Positions 57,169 through 64,000 of a stretch of 64,000 bases of DNA are shown here, one piece after another. Both the position numbers and the translations under genes were made by a program. The notes under the pieces are model-generated. The model was not told the origin of the DNA, did no database searches, and saw only the letters and a program-made list of their open reading frames with translations. The stretch lies in contig CAZIAP010000004.1 of assembly GCA_964537315.1 (NCBI GenBank), positions 14,509-78,508 on the forward strand, given 5' to 3'. This stretch comes from an uncultured Gammaproteobacteria bacterium (GTDB taxonomy: Bacteria > Patescibacteriota > Microgenomatia > Levybacterales > GWA1-39-11). Each line of letters opens with the position of its first letter. Within the stretch, counting starts at the first letter, position 1.

Positions 57169-57822
57169 CTATCGTTGTTTTCCTGAATTTGGATTTGCTT
57201 GGACATAGCTTACACACTGTCCTTGGTTTTTGAATGACGGATTACTAAATGTCATCCATCCACCCTTTTTACATTGGTCTTTACTGGTTGGAACAGTAAC
57301 AGGAAGAGGAACAACTACTTCCACACCATTTACGGCAATGTTTGAAAGTGTTGTCTGTCCTTCTTCATCCTGAACTATGTTAATTCTCCTTACTGTTTCA
57401 CCTTCTGGTAAAGATTCTCCACCATAGGTTTCACCAGCTTCAAAGACTACAGTGCCATCAGCATCTGCATCTCCATGGACACAACCAAGGAAAATGGTTG
57501 AACCATTCTCCAGGGTGACATTGAAGCGGGGAGCACCTGCTCCACAATATCCGTCTACATCAAAGCTGAGAGTCATACCGGTTGTAGATAGTCCTTCCAC
57601 GCCCTCAAGTGTTGCACCTGCGGCTGAATTTGTAGAGGTAGGAGCATTTTTTTCTAATCTCAAATCTCCGTTACTATCTACTTCTGAAACTACTGAGCCA
57701 GTGTTATCCGGATCGTAGGTCCATGGTTCTAAAGTTACACTTGCAGCCTGTGCAGTAACTGCAAAAACGAACACTGCTGCAACTGATAACATACCTGCTA
57801 AGAGTTTTTTCATTTCTGTCAC
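57169..57822 (-). CDS. secreted hypothetical protein (signal peptide)
   Basis: Signal peptide ...AVTAQA; Gly/Thr/Val-rich beta-type sequence. Confidence 0.5.
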   Translation of the reverse strand: MTEMKKLLAGMLSVAAVFVFAVTAQAASVTLEPWTYDPDNTGSVVSEVDSNGDLRLEKNAPTSTNSAAGATLEGVEGLSTTGMTLSFDVDGYCGAGAPRFNVTLENGSTIFLGCVHGDADADGTVVFEAGETYGGESLPEGETVRRINIVQDEEGQTTLSNIAVNGVEVVVPLPVTVPTSKDQCKKGGWMTFSNPSFKNQGQCVSYVQANPNSGKQR

Positions 57823-57873
57823 CTCCTTTCGTATAGATCTTTTTGAATATCACTAATTAATAAATTCAGCCAC

Positions 57874-57894
57874 AAAAAAACCCGCCGTAGCGGG
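57874..57894 (-). terminator. rho-independent terminator of 58027..59181
   Basis: CCCGC-CGTA-GCGGG followed on minus strand by TTTTTTT. Confidence 0.6.
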
Positions 57895-58026
57895 AAATTA
57901 ATAATTGAATTATTCTACTTTTTTAAAAGTCAGACAAAGGATATGCATAGAAGGTATAGACTACACAACTTAGCAATAAAAATCAATCAATTTTACATGT
58001 TTCATACCGTTTTCTGATCTTTACGC

Positions 58027-59181
58027 TTAAAGTGATGAGAGAGCTTCTTTGGCAATCGTTTGGTTTTTATTGTAATATACGGCTTTTTCGAACTCAGCTC
58101 GTGCAGCTTCAATATTTCCTTGTGCTTGGTAACTTTTCCCTCGCAAAATATACATTTCAGAAAAGGCAATATTGTTGTTTGCAATAATCCAGTCAGTTAG
58201 TGCAAATACCCGTTCATGATCACCTATTTCAACATAGGCGTGAAGAGGTTCGATCTGATACCACATCATTCGAGCGGGAAGTACTGCTGACTGGGCCTTC
58301 TCATAAAACTCTACACTCTTTTGTGCGTTACCCAAGTGGTAATATGCAGTTGAAAGATTAAAAAGATCATAAGCTGAGTTTGGATTTTTTTGCAAATTTT
58401 GTTGGGCACGCATGATCGCATTTTCATAAGCTTTATCCTGATCCATATTCTCTCCTAAGATAGCTGTTACAATACCGTGTTTTTCTTTTGGATATACCAA
58501 GATATACCCATAATTAAATGGCTTCCACATTTCCTCAAATGTAGAGTACTCATACTCTAAATTTCTTCCTTCATATGAATCATCTTGAATAAATATACCG
58601 CGAGCATCATCGTATCCACGGACAATTCTGAAGTGACCAATGTCCTCATCAGGATGCAACCATGTACGTAAAACAACAGGAATATCATTTGCAATTAGTG
58701 TTTTCAATAATTCTGTAGTGCCATTTGGTCGGGCAATACCTTGCAAACCATATTTTTCTGCATACTCAACAAATTCAGGAGCAAATACTGATTTATCATC
58801 AATACCTCCAGCAGGATTATTGAAAGGTCTCATCTGTTCACGAAGCTCATCTTGAGAGATATTAACTCCAAAATATGACATCGCCATTGAAAGCGTTGCA
58901 GGACCGCAGTTATTAAATGTCTGCGAGACATGAGACGCAGACGGTATTACATATGCTTGAGGCGAAGACTTGACCTTAGTTGAAGGGGTTGCAGAGGGAG
59001 CAGAACCATCTATCACAGTATTTTTATTTGCGTTAAATGAATTATCAATAGGTGAATTAAGGTTATTAACCAATATAATGCCTACCGCACCCACAACCGT
59101 AAGCAGTATTAGAATACCTGAAAATATATGATACTTCTTCATAAACGTCCAAATTTTATCACTATCGCACAAATGAAACAA
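58027..59181 (-). CDS. membrane-anchored peptidase C39-like domain protein with C-terminal TPR repeats
   Basis: N-terminal TM; NCGPATLSMAMSYFG Cys motif and downstream His as in Peptidase_C39_2; TPR-like helices at C-terminus. Confidence 0.65.
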   Translation of the reverse strand: MFHLCDSDKIWTFMKKYHIFSGILILLTVVGAVGIILVNNLNSPIDNSFNANKNTVIDGSAPSATPSTKVKSSPQAYVIPSASHVSQTFNNCGPATLSMAMSYFGVNISQDELREQMRPFNNPAGGIDDKSVFAPEFVEYAEKYGLQGIARPNGTTELLKTLIANDIPVVLRTWLHPDEDIGHFRIVRGYDDARGIFIQDDSYEGRNLEYEYSTFEEMWKPFNYGYILVYPKEKHGIVTAILGENMDQDKAYENAIMRAQQNLQKNPNSAYDLFNLSTAYYHLGNAQKSVEFYEKAQSAVLPARMMWYQIEPLHAYVEIGDHERVFALTDWIIANNNIAFSEMYILRGKSYQAQGNIEAARAEFEKAVYYNKNQTIAKEALSSL

Positions 59182-59201
59182 ATATCAGAGGTAAAAAAAC
59201 T

Positions 59202-60245
59202 CTAAATTCCTTTTACGTGTCTATCAAAAAACTCAAGAGAACGCTGTATTGCAGTATTAAAATTATGACTAATATTATGATCGTCTCCCGTATATTCATA
59301 GTACTCTACTGTTTTTCCGACGGACTTTAGTTGCTGATCAAGATTTTGAGAAAATGCCACAGGCACTGAATCGTCAGCCGTTCCGTGGTGGATTTGTACA
59401 GGTCCTGAGATATCTGCTAAGTAGTTATTGGCAGACAGTGTTTTCCAAAATGGGTCCTGATCATTCGGTTCACCGTATTCTTGTAATAATAAACCTCTCC
59501 ACCCTCTCGCTCTACGTGCAGCATCTGATTGAGGATCAGACGATCTTCTGCGCCAATTATTAATAAGATCTGGATACGATGCAACAACCCCAGCCCAGAT
59601 TACACCTGCTTTAATATCATCTCGTACCACCATGCTTCGCAATGTAATGTGTCCACCCATCGAATGTCCCCAAAAACCTATCCTGTTAGGGTCTGCATCC
59701 GAGTGTCTCTTTATAGAAGCAAGTGCATTGAGCACATCAATAGTATAGCCATTTGAACCATACCCGCCTGAGGCAGTACCTTCAGAATTACCGTGTCCAC
59801 GATAATCAGATTTAATCGTAATATACCCATTACGGGCAAATGTGTCTTGGTAGGCGACGTATCTTTCGTTAGTACGATACTCTGCAGGAGGAATATAGCC
59901 ATGATTAAAAACTATCACTGGCCATCCAGAGGGTGGCCTCTGTCCATTGGGAATAGTTAGCAATGAAAAGATTTTTAACCCTTCGGATTTATAGGACGCA
60001 ATGTAACGGCTATAATTTGATCCAGACTCAAGCTCCTGTTCTATAACTATGTCACTTCCGGTATACTCCCCGTTGCGAAGTGCTTCGATCGAAAGCGGAT
60101 GTGGAGGGATTGATTTATCTATCAGTCCACCTTCGTTTTCGTCATTAAACTCAGTTGATGGAGATAATATCTTTTGCTGTGTTAGAAAATATAGTGTACC
60201 TGCTGCAACAATGACAAATAAAACTAAACCTAGCTTAAGTTTCAT
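59202..60245 (-). CDS. membrane-anchored alpha/beta hydrolase, paralog family A
   Basis: HGYIPPAEY...RGHGNSEG, GHSMGG; ~45% identical to 23032..24147 by eye. Confidence 0.8.
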   Translation of the reverse strand: MKLKLGLVLFVIVAAGTLYFLTQQKILSPSTEFNDENEGGLIDKSIPPHPLSIEALRNGEYTGSDIVIEQELESGSNYSRYIASYKSEGLKIFSLLTIPNGQRPPSGWPVIVFNHGYIPPAEYRTNERYVAYQDTFARNGYITIKSDYRGHGNSEGTASGGYGSNGYTIDVLNALASIKRHSDADPNRIGFWGHSMGGHITLRSMVVRDDIKAGVIWAGVVASYPDLINNWRRRSSDPQSDAARRARGWRGLLLQEYGEPNDQDPFWKTLSANNYLADISGPVQIHHGTADDSVPVAFSQNLDQQLKSVGKTVEYYEYTGDDHNISHNFNTAIQRSLEFFDRHVKGI

Positions 60246-60317
60246 AAAATATATTTGATTTGATTAAAGACATATGTATAATAGCTTCATTTTTTACTTA
60301 GGTCAATACTAATAAAT

Positions 60318-60626
60318 GTGCTACAATTGGGTGTGGCAAAAGCAAAATACAAAGAGTATTACGACATGATGACTCAGCAGCATAGCGATCTGCTGGAAAA
60401 ATTTAAAGAAATTCATGATCAGTATGTAGAACAGCCGGATAAATGGCGAGAGGAATTTAACAGTGTTGGCGCAAAAGTTGTTGAAATCATGCGTGACTAT
60501 GAATTACGGCTATGTTCAAATTCTGAAGGTGGGCGCTACGGCAAGTACGCAGCAAATCTAGCAGACAAGTTCTGGGATCACGTTCGCAAAACATACCCCA
60601 AAATTGACTTCGTAGGAACGAAGTAA
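60318..60626 (+). CDS. hypothetical protein
   Basis: 102-aa ORF, no motif. Confidence 0.4.
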   Translation: MLQLGVAKAKYKEYYDMMTQQHSDLLEKFKEIHDQYVEQPDKWREEFNSVGAKVVEIMRDYELRLCSNSEGGRYGKYAANLADKFWDHVRKTYPKIDFVGTK

Positions 60627-60643
60627 AAGTAATTAAAATAAAT

Positions 60644-61765
60644 CTATTCCTCATCCGCTTCAAACTGTTCTACATAAAACTCTATACTTTTCTCAACAGC
60701 TTGTTCCCATGAACCTAGGTTAAAGTTGTGATTCTCACCCGGGTATTTATAGTACTCAATATCCTTGTCCATCTCCTCCATTGAGCTTGCAAATTGATCA
60801 CTCCACCGAACCGGAACAGCCTCATCAGCCACTGCCTGGTGAAGCTGAATTGGCGCGTTTATCCATTCATAATACTTGCTCGGTGAATAGTTAAATACAT
60901 CATACTCTGTCTCAAAATCTGCAACTACTTTACGTAGTGCTTTTCCTTCATCTTCAAACTCATCAGTAAAGTACAATATGCTATATGGGAACGGCTTGGT
61001 TACCGGATTCCATAAAACAGTAGGTATCCGTTTGCCTGTTATTGCAAGAACCGAGAGCGAGATGTGTCCACCGTTACTATGCCCCCATATTCCAACCTTG
61101 GCAGTATCTGCCTCTATTCCTGCAATTGGACTGAAGCTTTCGATTTGACGTGTAGTACCGGTTGGAGTAATTGTTGCCTGACTCTCTCCAAATTTTTTAA
61201 GCGCATCAACAAGACTCGGAACTGATTCAAGCATTGTTAGAGCTGTTGGATAAGTCTGTAATCTATCCTCAATTGACCCCTCCGCACCTGAGTCTGATTC
61301 TCCAAAACCTAAAAAGTCTGGTGCAAGAGTAATATATCCATTACGTGCGAATTCTTCCGCAGTCCTGCGTGTGCCTTCTCCTGTAGTAAAGTTTTCTCGC
61401 GATACAAACCCCCTAAACATCACTATAATAGGATAATTTCCAGGCTCTTTTGGAATATTAATTAGACCACTTACCTTTTTATCACTCTCTGCGTTGAGTA
61501 AGTCACCACTTACTGTATATGTAAATATAAACGAGGCAAAATCAGGGTCATCTTTTATTTGTTTACCTATTTCAATTGAACTAGGTCGAATATCTGTGGA
61601 ACTCAAGCTTTCAAAAGAATACTTTTCAAGAGGTTTTTCTGCGATCTCATCAACTTTCTGAGATATTGGTGTGGCTATATCACTACTGGCTAGAAACTTA
61701 AAGATTGAAAATCCAACAATTCCGACAAGCAAGACGATAATAAGAATAATTACTAACTTTCGCAC
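60644..61765 (-). CDS. membrane-anchored alpha/beta hydrolase (third member of cluster)
   Basis: N-terminal TM; GHSNGG nucleophile elbow, C-terminal HNF. Confidence 0.75.
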   Translation of the reverse strand: MRKLVIILIIVLLVGIVGFSIFKFLASSDIATPISQKVDEIAEKPLEKYSFESLSSTDIRPSSIEIGKQIKDDPDFASFIFTYTVSGDLLNAESDKKVSGLINIPKEPGNYPIIVMFRGFVSRENFTTGEGTRRTAEEFARNGYITLAPDFLGFGESDSGAEGSIEDRLQTYPTALTMLESVPSLVDALKKFGESQATITPTGTTRQIESFSPIAGIEADTAKVGIWGHSNGGHISLSVLAITGKRIPTVLWNPVTKPFPYSILYFTDEFEDEGKALRKVVADFETEYDVFNYSPSKYYEWINAPIQLHQAVADEAVPVRWSDQFASSMEEMDKDIEYYKYPGENHNFNLGSWEQAVEKSIEFYVEQFEADEE

Positions 61766-61833
61766 TCACCTATTATATCGGAATATAGTTAAAATAAAAG
61801 CGAAGGAGGGAATTAGTTGATGGAAACCATGAG

Positions 61834-62118
61834 CTACTTGCTATCTTCTTTTTCTACCGAGATAGTACACTCGGTAATTAGTGCTGCCATTGCGCCTACT
61901 GCAGCAAGAACCGGTGCGAGTGCCGTACCAAGAACACCAAACGTTAGGGGAAATCGCATCAACTCTTTACCGTTTTTATCAATTATGGTAATTTTACGCA
62001 CATTTCCTTCGTGCAAAAGTTCTTTTACCTTTGAAAGAAGCTCTTCCCCGCTTACTTTAAAGGTTTGCTCTGTAGTTTTTTTAGACTTCTTTGTCGTCGC
62101 CATAAATTTATTATACAC
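61834..62118 (-). CDS. DUF4342-family protein
   Basis: 94 aa, pattern FKVSGEELL.KVKEL...N.R.I.I.D..G.. with C-terminal hydrophobic helix as in DUF4342. Confidence 0.65.
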   Translation of the reverse strand: MYNKFMATTKKSKKTTEQTFKVSGEELLSKVKELLHEGNVRKITIIDKNGKELMRFPLTFGVLGTALAPVLAAVGAMAALITECTISVEKEDSK

Positions 62119-62278
62119 TACACAAAGACTTTTAGCTCCTCCTCCTTATTTCGCCACTTTGCGTAAATAATAATTACTTGTATTCTTAAGATACTAGTAC
62201 TTTTGTAGCCAAAAGTACTATCTTTGCTTACATAGACAAAATATGTCTATAATAATAACATCAGGATTATTTACCCTA

Positions 62279-62307
62279 TTGACAAAAGTCTTATAGTATA
62301 TTATAAT
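62279..62307 (+). promoter_or_regulatory. perfect consensus sigma70 promoter TTGACA-17nt-TATAAT
   Basis: Read directly: TTGACAaaagtcttatagtatatTATAAT; no ORF downstream. Confidence 0.6.
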
Positions 62308-62313
62308 CCTCAA

Positions 62314-63111
62314 ACATTGTGCTTGGTAGGCCTTTTATTTGCAAAAGCCGTCTACAAAAGCACTTGTAAGTACATTAACAAAGGAATACAGGAAAAACTC
62401 TTTTACACATCCGTGTATTTGAGTTGAAAACCTTTACCCCGCTAAGCGGGGTACTCTTTGCTTGATATACTTACAAGCCACATACAGAGGCGCAAATCAC
62501 CAATTGTGCTTCTCTATCTGGCTTGTAGGTTACGGAAATGTTTTCCGTAAGCTCAAGCTTTGGGAAGGAAGGATAGTGGCAAGAAGCCCGCCGTGTACCG
62601 GACTTAGTTCGGTAAGTATAATGAATAATTATATTGGCGCGGCTCAGCCGCTAGAAGAAAGGAAAGAAGATGCGCAAACTGCGTACCTAGTCCAGTAGGA
62701 TTAGAAAAGCATTCGTCGTGCGGTACTGACCGCCATAAGTTGAACGAGAATGCTTTAGTACAGTCTGACTGATGTGCAGACTCCAATGCTCGATATAGCA
62801 AAGGATCATGTCTCCACAGTCAACTGGACACCCTACTGGACACTATGTATGTATATTAGGGAGCCAAATGCTCCCCGGGTACCGGCACCCGTTTACGCCG
62901 ACTAGGGTCAGACCCACAATGATGGGTCTGACCCCATCTATACCGCACTTATCATCCCTTCCTCTCTTTCGTCCGAGGATCGATCCCAATATATACCGAA
63001 AATCTTTTTCGGGATCGGTCCTCCTCGGAGGGGTACTACTTGCATACTAGCAGTACACCCCATCTCCTCCCTCCCTATTCTGGGGGCCTGCACCGCAGGC
63101 CCCCTTTATAT
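62314..63111 (+). ncRNA. candidate large (~800 nt) structured non-coding RNA of unknown class
   Basis: Bracketed by consensus promoter and strong intrinsic terminator; no credible ORF; elevated local GC; >10 perfect GC-rich hairpins. Confidence 0.45.
63082..63111 (+). terminator. rho-independent terminator
   Basis: GGGGGCCTGC-ACC-GCAGGCCCCC (10-bp perfect GC stem) followed by TTTATAT. Confidence 0.7.
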
Positions 63112-64000
63112 AGATAGGTTTTCTATATGAGCACGTCGATCATCGACACCAACTAACAATTGCGTTATGCTTGAGTGTCACACATGAACGTCGAACGTTC
63201 ACGAAATATCCTGTATTCCTTTGATTTCAAATATTTTCTCCTAAATTTATATTTCACTAATAATAATCAACAACTTTTTAACCTTTTAACTCGTTAATAC
63301 TTCACACTTAATTCCCAATACCCAATTCTGCTTTGTAGAGAATTTGCTTTCACATCTAAAGTAGCTTATAATATATAAATTCGCACGCACTGTACACTAT
63401 GCGTATGGACTGCGTGTTTCGTAGAGTTCTTTGACATAAGGAATAGAATTGAAAATTAATTAGGGAATTTTGTAGACAGTCAGGAAGAGATGGAATGCCA
63501 ACATTCCTTTTCCTCTTGACTGTTTGCATTAACGGAGGTGTAAACTCAGACTGGCTTACGAGCCAATTACTATAACCGGCCCTCACCCAGCCGGTTTATT
63601 TCACCCTCCTCTCCCCTTATACCATACATTCAAAGCACCCCCTGCTTTTGTATGGTAGTACAGTTGGCGCAAGAAGCCAGAGAATTACCCCACCCAACAC
63701 ATATATGTTGGAATTCTCGGCTTCTTGGCCTTCTGTATTTTGAATTATCTTTCTTTCTCATAGGTATCATTCCCTGGTTCTGCAAGCATTTTGCGCTTGC
63801 AATAACTATATCTACCGATTGAGTGTAGAAAAATCCCTATTCCTTATGTCATCTTTTTAAGCACTTAAGCTCCTACTATTTTTTTCATTGTTTTATTGTT
63901 TAACCGCCTTAGTGCAACCTCGACTTTCTGTACTGTGAACCATTAACCAAGAACTATTAATATTTATTTTAGTCTTATAGTACTTGACTCGCATCTTGAA

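Noticed and set aside
62741-62770. Possible tmRNA tag-like reading frame (…NENALVQSD*) inside the structured region
   Set aside because: Tag does not end in the canonical hydrophobic LAA/AA, no tRNA-like 3' end (GGTTCGAnTCC…CCA) or GGGG 5' acceptor found nearby; coincidence more likely.
62462-63586. ORF-track hits 62462..62698(+), 62604..62801(-), 62808..63050(+), 63356..63586(-)
   Set aside because: Short, mutually overlapping on both strands, no RBS, low-complexity or Cys/Pro/Gly-rich translations typical of GC-rich structured RNA read as protein; region better explained as non-coding RNA.
1-64000. CRISPR arrays, transposases, integrases, phage structural genes, tRNA genes
   Set aside because: Scanned all spacers >60 nt for cloverleaf T-loop signatures and for direct repeats with unique spacers; none found. 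No ORF shows DDE/recombinase/capsid motifs, so the window does not look like a classical mobile island.

Overview
The window is AT-rich, densely coded DNA with short intergenic spacers. Long ORFs are uninterrupted under the standard genetic code. The gene content looks like a small-genome, monoderm, uncultivated lineage, possibly Patescibacteria/CPR-like; that attribution is inference from a class-E-type sortase with an LAXTG substrate, Pro/Thr-rich linkers on exported proteins, and many small DUF membrane proteins.

Housekeeping genes present: prs (partial), ybaB, dnaX, ybeY, rpsU, ychF, clpC, ribA, msrB, htpX, a class A PBP, an L,D-transpeptidase, dus and trhO.

Accessory content:
- A complete copper-homeostasis locus (csoR, cupredoxin, copA, a membrane protein with a C-terminal cupredoxin domain, copZ) with a CsoR-type operator palindrome.
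- A Zwf-Gnd fusion gene followed by an FNR-like oxidoreductase and another cupredoxin protein.
- A surface protein with a TP-repeat linker and LAGTG sorting signal, followed by its sortase.
- Three paralogous membrane-anchored alpha/beta hydrolases and a C39-like/TPR protease.
- An orphan 7TM histidine kinase and three receiver-only response regulators.
- A stand-alone triple topoisomerase-type zinc-ribbon protein.
- A cluster of DUF1704 HExxH peptidase, beta-helix membrane protein and JAB/MPN-like protein.

The most unusual feature is an ORF-free, locally GC-rich, hairpin-dense stretch of about 1.7 kb (62279 to the window end). Its first ~830 nt are bracketed by a perfect consensus sigma70 promoter (TTGACA-17-TATAAT) and a strong intrinsic terminator. 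This is a candidate large structured non-coding RNA that I cannot assign to any known class by eye.

No tRNA, rRNA, CRISPR array, transposase or integrase was recognised.
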